A stretch of DNA of 53,153 nt. Origin: a virus (Duplodnaviria; Caudoviricetes). Positions 17,793 to 27,761 of the stretch are shown piece by piece. A program made the position numbers and the translations under genes. The DNA lies in the IMG/VR virus record IMGVR_UViG_3300022591_000013, positions 1 to 53,153 of that record; one strand, given 5' to 3'. The notes below the pieces were generated by a model, which saw only the letters and a list, made by a program, of their open reading frames with translations, was not told the DNA's origin and did no database searches. Within the stretch, counting starts at the first letter, position 1. Every line of letters starts with the position of its first letter.

Positions 17793-19169
17793 GTGACCAC
17801 TGCTGCACTCACTCCCCGTTGGACTTCTCTGCGACCACATCCGGTCCAGCAGGCGTACTGGCACAGCCCGCACCGCTTCAACACGGTGCCGAGCGGACGC
17901 CGTAGCGGGAAGACTGAGCTGGCCAAGCGCAAGCTGATCAAGCGCGGACTCGCAGCCACGACGGCGTGGAAGCCGCGCTTCTTCGCGGGCGCACCTACGC
18001 GTGACCAAGCCAAGCGCATCTTCTGGGAAGACCTGAAGGCCCTGGCACCGAAGCACCTGCTCGCTGGCGTCCCGTCCGAATCCGACTTGATGCTGCCGCT
18101 GATCAACGGCGCACAGATATGGGTTGTCGGGCTCGACGTTGCAGCGCGGATGGAAGGGCAACCGTGGGATGGCGGCGTCGTCGATGAGATCGGCAATGCG
18201 AAGAAGGAAGTCTGGGGCGCCAACATCCGTCCTGCACTATCCGACCGTAAGGGCTGGTGCGACCTGATCGGCGTACCCGAGGGCCGCAACCACTACTATG
18301 ATCTCGACCTGTCTGCACAAGCGCAGTTCAAGGAGCTGGGACCCAAGTCGCCGTGGGGACGCTACCACTGGAAGTCCGCCGACATCCTTGATGCCGAGGA
18401 GATCGAGCAGGCACGCCGTGACCTTGACCCGCTGACGTTCCAGCAGGAGTACGAGGGAAGCTTCATCAACTTCGAGGGCCGCGCGTACTACGTATTCATC
18501 GTTGAGAAGCACACGAAGCCCTTGAAGTATGATCCCAAGCGCGAGCTGATCTTCTGCTTCGACTTCAACGTAGATCCAGGCGTCTGTGCAGTCTGCCAAG
18601 AGCAGAACCTGCCTGGGCAGTATCACCGCGACGACAAGGGCGTCCTGCTGCTGGACAAGCCGATCTATGGCACGGGCGTCATCGCCGAGGTCTATATCGA
18701 GCGCAACAGCAACACGCCCGCGGTATGCCGCAAGCTGGTGCAGGACTGGGGCAAGCACGCAGGCAAGGTGACGTGTTACGGCGATGCGACAGGCGGCGCC
18801 CGGGGCACAGCGAAGGTGCAGGGCAGCGACTGGGATCTCATCAAGGCAGAGCTGAACCCAGTCTTCGGCGGCAGGATCACGTACGATGTACCTGCTAGCA
18901 ACCCAACCGAGCGCAGCCGCATCAATGCAATGAACACCCGCTTGCAGTCTGCCAGCGGCGAGATCCGCATGCTCGTGGATCCAGTGAAGGCACCGCACGT
19001 CGTGAAGGACTTGGACGGCGTTGTGCTATTGAAGGGCGGCAGCGGCGAGCTCGACAAGAAGGCGACGCCGATGCTCACGCACATATCCGACGGGCTTGGC
19101 TACTACATCGCCAAGAAGTTCCCGATCATTCCGCAGGTCATGCACCGAGTTGAAATGGGGGGCACATAA
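17793..19169 (+). CDS. terL: Terminase large subunit
   Basis: Walker A SGRRSGKT, APTRDQAK, Walker B VVDE, FQQEYEGSF, nuclease FDFNVDP and HISDGLGY. Confidence 0.95.
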   Translation: MTTAALTPRWTSLRPHPVQQAYWHSPHRFNTVPSGRRSGKTELAKRKLIKRGLAATTAWKPRFFAGAPTRDQAKRIFWEDLKALAPKHLLAGVPSESDLMLPLINGAQIWVVGLDVAARMEGQPWDGGVVDEIGNAKKEVWGANIRPALSDRKGWCDLIGVPEGRNHYYDLDLSAQAQFKELGPKSPWGRYHWKSADILDAEEIEQARRDLDPLTFQQEYEGSFINFEGRAYYVFIVEKHTKPLKYDPKRELIFCFDFNVDPGVCAVCQEQNLPGQYHRDDKGVLLLDKPIYGTGVIAEVYIERNSNTPAVCRKLVQDWGKHAGKVTCYGDATGGARGTAKVQGSDWDLIKAELNPVFGGRITYDVPASNPTERSRINAMNTRLQSASGEIRMLVDPVKAPHVVKDLDGVVLLKGGSGELDKKATPMLTHISDGLGYYIAKKFPIIPQVMHRVEMGGT

Positions 19170-19170
19170 C

Positions 19171-19518
19171 GTGGCATGGGGAGAAGCAGCACGCCGCGCA
19201 GCGGCAATGACGCGACAGGCGCACGCGCAGTACAAGAAGCAGTTCGCGCAGAAGGGCTGGGAGCGTAACCTGTCCGCCGATACCTCGAAGGGCGGTCGGA
19301 AGGATCTCGCCCGCAGACTGCGCGAGCTCCGTCGCGGGCCTGGCACCTTGGCGAACGGGACGAAGCTTCCGATCAGCGAGTACCGGATTCATGATGCTGC
19401 CAGCAACGCTGCGGCCAGCACCCGGCTTCGCAATGCAGCCAGGAAAGCAACGAGCACCACGACCAAGGCGTCGAAGCAGATCAAGCTGAGCCGAGTTGTA
19501 GGCAAGGGGAAGAAATGA
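19171..19518 (+). CDS. Basic hypothetical protein
   Basis: GTG start after TerL; K/R/A-rich; stop overlaps the portal start. Confidence 0.6.
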   Translation: MAWGEAARRAAAMTRQAHAQYKKQFAQKGWERNLSADTSKGGRKDLARRLRELRRGPGTLANGTKLPISEYRIHDAASNAAASTRLRNAARKATSTTTKASKQIKLSRVVGKGKK

Positions 19519-20948
19519 GCGTCCGCTCCACCCACCCGCAGTATGACTCCTATCTTCCGAAGTGGAAGAGGTGCCGCCATGCCGCCGAAGGCCAGGACTC
19601 CGTGCATGCTGCTGGCACAGACTATCTGCCCAAGCTCAAGGATCAGAGCCAAGACGACTACAAGGCGTATCGTGACCGCGCTGTGTTCTTCAACGCGACG
19701 TGGCGCACCTTGTCCGGTCTCTCTGGCATGCTGTTCCGCAAGCCGCCGAAGATCGATTGCCCTTCCGTTACGGAAGCACTGCTGGACACGGTTACGGAGG
19801 ACGGCCAACCCCTCGGCATCTTCGCCCGCGAGGTGGTCGAGGAGTGCCTGATGGTTGGGCGTACCGGCGTGCTGGTGGATTATCCGGAAGTTGATGCCGC
19901 TACCTTGACCAAGGCGGATGCCGCGGCGCTGAACCTGCGGCCGACGATGGCGGTGTATCGCGCCGAGAACATCATCAACTGGAAGCAGGCAGTCATCGCC
20001 AACCGCCGCGTGCTGACGATGGTCGTGCTCGAGGAAGAGTGCGAGACGCCGAAGGATGAGTTCGAGAGTACCTGCGAGACCCGCTATCGGGTGCTGGACC
20101 TCGTTCGAGGCGAGAAGGGCATGACCTACCGCATCCGAGTCTTCAAGTGCGACGAGCAGACCAAGGCAGATACGCAGATCGGCCAGGACGTATTCCCGAC
20201 GATGAGCGGCGCGAAGCTGGACTTCATCCCGTTCTACTTCCTGTCGGCAGACGACACCGGCGTTACGCCCGACGATCCGCCCATGATCGACTTGGTAGAT
20301 CTCAACCTGTCGCACTACCGCGTCACGGCGGACTACGAGCACGGGTGCCACTTCACGGGCCTGCCGACCGGGTACATCACGGGCTATACGAAAACCGAGG
20401 GCGAGAAAATCTACCTGGGATCGCAGAAGATGATGATCTTCCCAGGCCCCGAGGTGAAGGTAGGGTTCCTCGAGTTCAGCGGTGCGGGTCTCGGATCGCT
20501 ACAGGCCAATCTCGAGCGCAAGGAAGCCCAGATGGCAGTCCTCGGGGCGCGCATGCTCGAGGCGCAGAAGAAGGGCGTCGAGAGCGCAGAGGTCGCTGGA
20601 ATCCACCGAGCAGGAGAGAACAGCCTCCTTGCAGGCATCGCCCAGGCAATCTCGCTGGGCTTGACTGCTGCATTGCAGACGTTCAGCAACTGGGCTGGCG
20701 GCAGCGGCACCGTGATGGTTGCGCTGAACCGAGACTTCTTCCCTGCGCCCATGTCCGCGCAGGATCTAACAGCACTGGTGATGTCGTGGCAGCAGGGGGC
20801 AATCAGCAAGCAGACCTTGTTCGACAACTTGCAGGCAGGGCAGATCATCTCCGAGGGCACAACCTTCGAAGCTGAAGAGGTTCGCATCAACGACCAGTTG
20901 ATCACCGGGCCTGCCCCTGCCGCACCTCCTGCCGCGGGAGCTGCGTAA
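19515..20948 (+). CDS. Portal protein (DUF4055-type)
   Basis: THPQY, YLPK, YKAYRDRAVFFN, LNLSHYRVTADYEHGCHFTGLP; follows TerL. Confidence 0.9.
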   Translation: MSVRSTHPQYDSYLPKWKRCRHAAEGQDSVHAAGTDYLPKLKDQSQDDYKAYRDRAVFFNATWRTLSGLSGMLFRKPPKIDCPSVTEALLDTVTEDGQPLGIFAREVVEECLMVGRTGVLVDYPEVDAATLTKADAAALNLRPTMAVYRAENIINWKQAVIANRRVLTMVVLEEECETPKDEFESTCETRYRVLDLVRGEKGMTYRIRVFKCDEQTKADTQIGQDVFPTMSGAKLDFIPFYFLSADDTGVTPDDPPMIDLVDLNLSHYRVTADYEHGCHFTGLPTGYITGYTKTEGEKIYLGSQKMMIFPGPEVKVGFLEFSGAGLGSLQANLERKEAQMAVLGARMLEAQKKGVESAEVAGIHRAGENSLLAGIAQAISLGLTAALQTFSNWAGGSGTVMVALNRDFFPAPMSAQDLTALVMSWQQGAISKQTLFDNLQAGQIISEGTTFEAEEVRINDQLITGPAPAAPPAAGAA

Positions 20949-21175
20949 TGGCTGAGACTCTTTCGCCAACTGCATTTGAGCAGGCCGATACGTATCGCCC
21001 CGGTGAGCGCATCCAATCGAAGAGGACGCACCGCATAGGAACTGTGATTGAATGGCCTGTTGGGCAGGAGTACCCGCCCGGCCACGGCGCTGTGCATGGT
21101 GCCGTTATGGTTCGCTGGGATGATATGCCGCATAAGCCGACACATGCTTGGCGGCACCAAATTCACCGCATCTGA
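20948..21175 (+). CDS. Hypothetical protein (75 aa)
   Basis: TAATG coupling and GGGAG upstream. Confidence 0.6.
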   Translation: MAETLSPTAFEQADTYRPGERIQSKRTHRIGTVIEWPVGQEYPPGHGAVHGAVMVRWDDMPHKPTHAWRHQIHRI

Positions 21176-21182
21176 AAGGAGC

Positions 21183-22226
21183 ATGATCGTGGCACTATCC
21201 GCCGCAGAGCTGAAGATCGCTGACGACCTGCTGTCGCACAACCTGGACTTGCTCCGGTTGAATGCCAGCATGCGCCAGGATGCTCTGCGGGCGCTCAAGG
21301 CACTAGAGCAGGAGCTGACCGCACGCATCTCGACGGGAACGCTGACCGAGTACAGCAAGTCGGCCGCAGACTATCTAATCGCCTCGGCACGGGCTGTCGT
21401 GCAGCAGTATTACGCAGACATCAGCGCGACTGCGGAAGAGGCACTGGCGGGCTTGTCGCAAGTCCAGCAGGCAGTCGTGAGGGCGGCGTTCATTGACGTA
21501 GGGTTTGGTGCGGCACTTGCCCCCCTTACGCAGTTCGCCACAGCCCTCTCCGATATCATGATCGAAGGTGCTCCGTCGAAGGAGTGGTGGGCCAAGCAGT
21601 CTGAGGAGCTGGCGTTCAAGTTCTCCAATGCCGTGCGGCAGGGAATCATCCAGGGGAAGACCAACGCCACGATCATCGCAGACGTGCGGCAGGTTATCGA
21701 CATCGGCCGCGCCAATGCGGCTGCACTCGTGCAGACCTCCGTGCAGACGGTAGCGAACGTGGCGCGTCTCGAGTTCTTCCGCGCCCACGCCGACATCATT
21801 GACGGTGTGCAGCAGTTAAGCACGCTTGATAGCCACACCACGACAATCTGCATGGCGTACTCCGGGGCCGAATGGGACTTGGAAGGGAACCCGATCGAGG
21901 GCACGAAGCTCCCCTTCAACGGTGGGCCACCGCGGCACTGGAACTGCCGCTCAATCTTGGTGCCAAAGACCAAGACGTTCCAAGAACTTGGTATCGACGC
22001 CAGCGAGGTTCCCGAATCCACTCGCGCAAGCATGGACGGGCAGGTGGCGGCGAGTACGACGTTCGAGGCATTTCTCGAGCGCAAGGGCAAGGCATTTCAG
22101 GATGAGATGCTAGGCAAAGGAAGAGCACAGCTATGGCGGGACGGCACGATCACCCTGCCACAACTGCTTGACCTGAAGGGCAACCCGCTGACGTTGGCGG
22201 AGTTGAAGGCGAAGTACGTGAAATGA
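21183..22226 (+). CDS. Head morphogenesis protein (MuF/SPP1 gp7-like)
   Basis: STLDSHTTTIC and PPRHWNCRS; AAAGGAG RBS. Confidence 0.9.
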   Translation: MIVALSAAELKIADDLLSHNLDLLRLNASMRQDALRALKALEQELTARISTGTLTEYSKSAADYLIASARAVVQQYYADISATAEEALAGLSQVQQAVVRAAFIDVGFGAALAPLTQFATALSDIMIEGAPSKEWWAKQSEELAFKFSNAVRQGIIQGKTNATIIADVRQVIDIGRANAAALVQTSVQTVANVARLEFFRAHADIIDGVQQLSTLDSHTTTICMAYSGAEWDLEGNPIEGTKLPFNGGPPRHWNCRSILVPKTKTFQELGIDASEVPESTRASMDGQVAASTTFEAFLERKGKAFQDEMLGKGRAQLWRDGTITLPQLLDLKGNPLTLAELKAKYVK

Positions 22227-22264
22227 CGCGAGATGCGTCCAACATAATCCGGGAAGGATAGATC

Positions 22265-23026
22265 ATGGGATTGGCACTTGTAGTTGATAAGCTCGACGCG
22301 GTAGCTGAGACGGCCCGCGCGCTGTACGTTGAGAAGGACGGGAAATTCCACCTCGACGTTGATGGGCTGGAAGATACCTCTGGCCTGAAGACTGCCTTGC
22401 AGAAGGAACGCGACGCTGCCAAGGAAGCCAAGCGCATCGCCAAGGAAATTGAGCAGCGGTTCGAGGGCATTGATCCCGCCAAGGTGCGCGAGATGATGAC
22501 CAGGCTCGAGAACGACGGCGAGGCCGCGTTGATTGCAGCAGGCAAGATCGACGAAGTCATTGCCAAGCGTACCGAGAAGTTCAAGGCAGAGAGCGCACGC
22601 CAGATCGCCGACGCACAGGCCGCTGCGAAAGCCGCGGACGCCCGTGCCGCGAAGTTCAGCCAGCGCGTACTCGACAACCATATTCGGCAGGCCGCTACCA
22701 AGGCAGGTCTGCATCAACATGCCATTGAAGATGCCCTCTTCCGTGCGCGCAGCATGTTCACCCTCGGCGACGATGGCGATGCCATCCAGCTGGGGGCAGA
22801 CGGCGCCCCGGTACTCGGCAAGGATGGCAAGACGCCCTTCAGCCCCAGCGAGTGGCTCGAGGGCATGAAGGAAACTGCACCGCACTGGTTCCCCGCTGGG
22901 AGCAGTGGCGGTGGCGGTGGCGGCAATGGCAAGGGAAGTGGCGGCAACGGGAAGGACTTGTCGCACCTTCCGCCCGCAGCCCGTATGGCGGCAGCACGCG
23001 AAAGGCAAGCCGCTGGGCGGCGTTGA
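22265..23026 (+). CDS. Capsid scaffolding protein
   Basis: LYVEKDGKFHLDVDG..DTSGLKTALQKER coiled coil; APHWFP plus Gly-rich tail; directly before the MCP. Confidence 0.8.
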   Translation: MGLALVVDKLDAVAETARALYVEKDGKFHLDVDGLEDTSGLKTALQKERDAAKEAKRIAKEIEQRFEGIDPAKVREMMTRLENDGEAALIAAGKIDEVIAKRTEKFKAESARQIADAQAAAKAADARAAKFSQRVLDNHIRQAATKAGLHQHAIEDALFRARSMFTLGDDGDAIQLGADGAPVLGKDGKTPFSPSEWLEGMKETAPHWFPAGSSGGGGGGNGKGSGGNGKDLSHLPPAARMAAARERQAAGRR

Positions 23027-23146
23027 TTCAGGCAGTAACCGCGCCACAGGGATTGTGACGCATCGTAGCTTCTGACCGGGACGGTCATGCACCACACAGC
23101 AACAGAGCGCAGCACAAACTGACCATCACTCACGAAAGGAACTACC

Positions 23147-24205
23147 ATGCGTCAAATCCTGCAATACAAAGCGGTCGTGTTTCTCGCGACCATCGTCGGG
23201 TTCTTCGTCGGCGTTGCAGAGCTTGCATACGTCAAGCTGACGACCCACCTGAATCGCCAGGGAATGCTGCTGACGGGGATGACCCTCGTCGAGGCGGCGA
23301 AGATGGAGACCGGCGACGTCGTTCGCCAGGCCATCATCGAGCTGTATGCGGGCTCGAGCGATATCCTGATGAACCTGCCCTTCGATACGATCCCCGGCAA
23401 CGCGCTGAAGTACAACCGCGAGGATGCCCTGCCTGGCATCGGCTTCCGAGGCGTCAACGAGGCATACACGGCCAGCACCGGGGTCTTGAACCCGCTGACC
23501 GAGGCCCTGGTGATTGCCGGCGGCGACCTCGACGTCGACAAGTTCATTGTCGATACGATGGGCATGGCCCAGCGCAGCACGCATGAGGCGATGAAGGTGC
23601 GCGCCCTGTCGCTTGCCTGGACCAAGAAGTTCATCAAGGGCGACAACCAGTCCGATCCGCGCGAGTTCGACGGCCTGCAAGTCCGTATCACCGGCAACCA
23701 GAAGATCGCCGCAGGCACGACCAACGGCGGTGATGCGCTGTCTCTGGCCATCCTGGACCAAGCGATCGACCAGACGCTGAACCCGACGCATCTGATTATG
23801 TCCAAGGCGATGCGCCGCCGCTTGACAATCGCAGCGCGCACCTACACGATCGGCGGCTTCATCACGTATCAGAAGGATGCGTTCGGGCGCCAGGTCACGA
23901 TGTACAACGACCTGCCGATCCTGATCTGCGACCTGGACAACGCCAGCTCGGCGATCCTGGGCTTCACCGAAGTCAGCAACAACGTCAGCGCGGCCGCCAC
24001 TGCCACGTCGCTCTATGTCGTCAGCTTCGGCGATGGCATGCTGAGCGGCTTGCAGAACGGCGGCATCGACGTGCGTGACCTTGGTGAGCTGCAAACCTCG
24101 CCTGTGTTTCGCACCCGCGTCGAGTGGTACAACGGCTTCGGCGTCTTCAACGGCCGCGCAGCGACCCGCATATGGTCGATCGCAGACGCAGCAGTCGTGG
24201 TGTAA
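23147..24205 (+). CDS. Major capsid protein
   Basis: TLVEAAK...IIE...ILMNLPF, FRGVNE, GGDLDVDKF, EFDGL, RTRVEWY; position after scaffold. Confidence 0.9.
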   Translation: MRQILQYKAVVFLATIVGFFVGVAELAYVKLTTHLNRQGMLLTGMTLVEAAKMETGDVVRQAIIELYAGSSDILMNLPFDTIPGNALKYNREDALPGIGFRGVNEAYTASTGVLNPLTEALVIAGGDLDVDKFIVDTMGMAQRSTHEAMKVRALSLAWTKKFIKGDNQSDPREFDGLQVRITGNQKIAAGTTNGGDALSLAILDQAIDQTLNPTHLIMSKAMRRRLTIAARTYTIGGFITYQKDAFGRQVTMYNDLPILICDLDNASSAILGFTEVSNNVSAAATATSLYVVSFGDGMLSGLQNGGIDVRDLGELQTSPVFRTRVEWYNGFGVFNGRAATRIWSIADAAVVV

Positions 24206-24260
24206 TGGCGTAAGCCAGCGCCACTGAACAAACCCCCACATCACGAAAGGAAGCAGCATC

Positions 24261-24713
24261 ATGGCAAACCTTCACTCGCAATACACGTACGACGACGCGC
24301 TGAAGCTCAAGGCAGCAGCGTTGGTCGCCGCCACCGCCAACGGCTCGATCATCCTGGACCTCGGCAACGGCAAGATCGACACTGACCTTGTCGTGGATGT
24401 CACGGCCCTCGAAGTCGATACCAACGACGAGAGCTACGAGATCATCGTCCAGGGCTCCCCCGACGCCGCCTTCGGCACTGCTGCCAACATCCGGCCGCTT
24501 GCCTGCATGACGCTCGGTGCCGCAGGCTCTGCTCGCGGCGCTGCTGGCGTCCTGGGCATCGGCGCCAACGATGCCATCGGCCGCTACGTCCTCTCGTTCC
24601 GCAACGAGCGCAATGGCACCACGTACCGCTACATCCGCATCCGCACGGTCGTGGTCGGCACGATTGCAACGGGCATCAACTATTCGGCATTCGTTGCCGC
24701 CAAGGACCAGTAA
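24261..24713 (+). CDS. Virion structural protein (capsid decoration candidate)
   Basis: Strong RBS; beta-rich, ending YRYIRIRTVVVGT; follows the MCP. Confidence 0.6.
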   Translation: MANLHSQYTYDDALKLKAAALVAATANGSIILDLGNGKIDTDLVVDVTALEVDTNDESYEIIVQGSPDAAFGTAANIRPLACMTLGAAGSARGAAGVLGIGANDAIGRYVLSFRNERNGTTYRYIRIRTVVVGTIATGINYSAFVAAKDQ

Positions 24714-24779
24714 CCGCGCCTGACGAATATCCCGGGGGAAGTTCCCCGGGGTGCTCTCAACTGAACGAAAGGAAGAAGC

Positions 24780-25397
24780 ATGAGAATCGTACAAGCGCAG
24801 GTTCCGGTGTCGGCAGTAAATGCGGCGGCGGTTAGCTTGCAGAACGTTGATCTGGACGCATCGCAGCTGGGATTGGGATTCATTCCCGATGCGATGAAGC
24901 CCTACATCACGGCGGTGGAGAAGGGTGATCCCTCGGGCGTCTTTCATCAGACCACCCTGACCCTCACCAACCTGCCGCAGACCATCGTCAATGGCGCATC
25001 GGAGTGGGTGGGAACCGAGATATTCGACTTCCCGCTGGGCCGTATCAACGTGCAGGGAGTTGCATCGTCGCTGGCTCCGACCACCACCAGCACCCTTGCA
25101 TCGACCATCACGACCGGCACCACGGGCGCGGTATCCCTCGGCACGGTGACGGACGACGGTACGCACAGCACGACCAAGGTGGATCTTGGGGCTGATACCG
25201 CCTACACGTCCTCCACCACTATCAACGTTGCAGCCGCCGCCGTCAAGGTGCTATTGGCGGCCGAAGCTAAGTTCGACGGCTCCGCCACTGCGAAGAAGAT
25301 GTTCCTCAACAACAAGATCGCGACCAACACCAACGACGGCACCATGACGTGGTCTGGCACGATCACCATCAACTGGGCCAACCTCGGACCGAACTGA
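24780..25397 (+). CDS. Putative virion structural protein
   Basis: GAAAGGAA RBS; Thr/Ala-rich; in the head module. Confidence 0.6.
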   Translation: MRIVQAQVPVSAVNAAAVSLQNVDLDASQLGLGFIPDAMKPYITAVEKGDPSGVFHQTTLTLTNLPQTIVNGASEWVGTEIFDFPLGRINVQGVASSLAPTTTSTLASTITTGTTGAVSLGTVTDDGTHSTTKVDLGADTAYTSSTTINVAAAAVKVLLAAEAKFDGSATAKKMFLNNKIATNTNDGTMTWSGTITINWANLGPN

Positions 25398-25476
25398 GCA
25401 CCACGTAGCAGCAGTGCAGAAGAGCGGGGCCTCTGTGCCCCGTCTCCCGCAAACCCAACCCTTAGGAGACAACGCA

Positions 25477-25683
25477 ATGAAAACGATCTACCATACGGCC
25501 ACAGGTGAGGCATTCGAGCGCGAGCCTGTCGACGCCAACGAGATGCTGGCCAGCGGCCAGTACCAATCCGAACCGCCGACCGAAGAGCAGATGGCCGAGG
25601 CCGCTGCGAAGGCCGCAGAGGTCGAGGATGTCGTCGTTCGGAAGGCCGCAACCAAGGCCGCGCCCAAGAAGTCCGGCAAGTAG
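25477..25683 (+). CDS. Hypothetical protein (68 aa)
   Basis: AGGAG RBS. Confidence 0.65.
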   Translation: MKTIYHTATGEAFEREPVDANEMLASGQYQSEPPTEEQMAEAAAKAAEVEDVVVRKAATKAAPKKSGK

Positions 25684-25711
25684 CACAACGCCACTCGCAC
25701 TTGCTGCAATC

Positions 25712-26635
25712 ATGGCCGCAATCGGCACCCTGACCCAGCCCGGCGGAGTCATTCCGCCGGTGCATACCGGCACCGCGCAAGGCGCGGCGTATGGCTCGCT
25801 GACGTTGGCCGCATCCGCCGACGCCACAACGGACGCCTACAAGTGGTATTGCGTCCGCATCACCGGCGGCGCCGGGGCGGGGCAGGAGCGAACGATTCTG
25901 GCGAGCCGGAAAAACTTGCTGAAGTACTCGGAGGACCAGCGCAACACCGCCGAGGCCGGATCGTCAAGACCTTGGGCACAGTTCAATAACGCCGATATTG
26001 ACGTTGCCCAAGTCGCAGCGAACACGCCATCCGGTGTTGCGGGCACGGTTAGCAGGCTCCAGTGTTCGACAACCGGGGCTCTTCAACGGCAGACGATCTA
26101 TAGCATCAGCGGACTGGCCGACACCACTGCGTATTGCTGGTCTGCCTACGCCAAAGCGGATCAAGTGCCAGCAGTCTTTCATGTCTTCAAGAGCAAGGCG
26201 GGCAATTTCCCAGGTGTCCGATTCAACCTGCTGACAGGGGCTATGACCAGCATCGCGCACGCAGGAGAATCAGCAATCGCTTACGGCATAACTCCTGCGC
26301 AGGAGCCGGGATGGTATCGGACGTGGTCAGCCTATGACACTAAATCCGGGGGGAATACGCCGAATATAAACTTCGAGTTGATGACCACCAGTGGCGGCTT
26401 CTACAACGCTACGAGCATTGGCCACGGCCTGCTGATGTTCGGCGCGCAACTCAACGTCGGCAGCGCCCCCGACGAATACATTCAGACCGTCGCCAACGCC
26501 GCCGTCGGCGTGCAGATCGACCGGCCGTGGCTCGTGATGCCGGATGCGACAAGCACCTACGAAATCTACAGTCCCAGCGCGTCGGCCATCGGCGCGCTTT
26601 CGCAACCTGTCGGCGCCATCGGCGTAGTGGGGTAA
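25712..26635 (+). CDS. Putative head fibre/spike protein
   Basis: ITGGAGAGQERTI, RKNLLKYSED, FGAQLNVG..PDEYIQT and PDATSTYEI motifs typical of virion appendage proteins. Confidence 0.55.
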   Translation: MAAIGTLTQPGGVIPPVHTGTAQGAAYGSLTLAASADATTDAYKWYCVRITGGAGAGQERTILASRKNLLKYSEDQRNTAEAGSSRPWAQFNNADIDVAQVAANTPSGVAGTVSRLQCSTTGALQRQTIYSISGLADTTAYCWSAYAKADQVPAVFHVFKSKAGNFPGVRFNLLTGAMTSIAHAGESAIAYGITPAQEPGWYRTWSAYDTKSGGNTPNINFELMTTSGGFYNATSIGHGLLMFGAQLNVGSAPDEYIQTVANAAVGVQIDRPWLVMPDATSTYEIYSPSASAIGALSQPVGAIGVVG

Positions 26636-26639
26636 CGGC

Positions 26640-27002
26640 ATGAGCACCATCACCATCGATCGCGGCGAACTGGTAGCGATCCCCTTTTCGATCACCGACG
26701 CTGCCAACGGGCTGGCCGGCAAGCGAGTCACTTGGTCCGTGGCCAGGGCCGCTAACGGGCAGCGACTTCTTCGCAAGGTGGGAGGTCTTCCAGGCAGTTC
26801 GGCCGATATAACGATCACTGTGCAGAATGCAGGGGCTATATCTGGAACAATCAATATGCTCTCTGCGGACTTTGCGCTGCTCCCTGCGGGCAGTTATGCT
26901 GTGTCGCTATGGACAGACGACGGCATCGGAGGGGATCAGTGCGTAACAGCAGGCGGCACAGACACCCTAGTGATACAGCCAACTGTGGCGCGCGCTGCTT
27001 GA
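26640..27002 (+). CDS. Ig-like/beta-sandwich structural protein
   Basis: ITIDRGE..IPFSITD...LPAGSYAVSLW pattern. Confidence 0.5.
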   Translation: MSTITIDRGELVAIPFSITDAANGLAGKRVTWSVARAANGQRLLRKVGGLPGSSADITITVQNAGAISGTINMLSADFALLPAGSYAVSLWTDDGIGGDQCVTAGGTDTLVIQPTVARAA

Positions 27003-27023
27003 ACTTAACAGCGGGAGGTTGAA

Positions 27024-27545
27024 ATGGCACTTGTAGTTGAAGATGGAACCGCCAAGTTAGATGCAGAGTCTTACATCAGCGTGGCCGATGCCGACACCTA
27101 CCATGCGGCACGAGCAAACGTTGCCTGGGATGCAGTCGGTGAAAAGGAAGCGGCGCTTCGCAAGGCCACGGACTACATGCTACAGACCTACCGCGACGCG
27201 TGGAAGGGGGTTCGCATGAAGGCGACGCAGGCACTGGACTGGCCGCGCGCCTTTGTCTATGCCGAGCCTGCGCTGACCGGAAGCTCCGGGGCGTATCCGT
27301 ACCTCATACCTGACGGCATCGTGCCAGTAGAGGTGCAGCGTGCCTGTGCAGAGCTTGCCCTGCGGGCCGCATCGGGCGAGCTGAATGCCGACCTCGAGCG
27401 CGCAGTGTCGAGCGAGACTGTAGGCCCCATCTCTGTCACGTACGAGCAAAGCTCTCCGCAGTACAAGCGGTACAGGTCTGTGGATATGCTGGTCGCGAGG
27501 TACCTCACGTCCGTGGGGTGCTCAGTCCCGGTAGGGCGGTCATGA
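27024..27545 (+). CDS. Head-tail adaptor (DnaT-like family)
   Basis: MALVVEDGT..AESYISVADAD.Y, QALDWPR, VGPISVTY. Confidence 0.8.
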   Translation: MALVVEDGTAKLDAESYISVADADTYHAARANVAWDAVGEKEAALRKATDYMLQTYRDAWKGVRMKATQALDWPRAFVYAEPALTGSSGAYPYLIPDGIVPVEVQRACAELALRAASGELNADLERAVSSETVGPISVTYEQSSPQYKRYRSVDMLVARYLTSVGCSVPVGRS

Positions 27546-27745
27546 GCGGCGCTGATAACAAGCTCGTAGGGATCCAAGGCGGCAGGGAGAAGAACCCGGC
27601 CTTGGATGCCATACGGCAGATCCAACACAACCTTGCGTTCTACTGCGAAGCGCAAGCGGCACTTGCGGCAATGACTCGATCCAAGTATGAGGCACTGCTC
27701 AAGGAAGGTTTCACGGAATCGCAGGCACTTGAACTCTGTAAATAA
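27542..27745 (+). CDS. Hypothetical protein
   Basis: ATGA coupling; ends YEALLKEGFTESQALELCK. Confidence 0.6.
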   Translation: MSGADNKLVGIQGGREKNPALDAIRQIQHNLAFYCEAQAALAAMTRSKYEALLKEGFTESQALELCK

Positions 27746-27761
27746 CCCACCGGAGCAAACC

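Noticed and set aside
24731-24750. CCCGGGG..CCCCGGG hairpin as a terminator after the capsid genes
   Set aside because: No downstream U-tract; may only stabilise mRNA.
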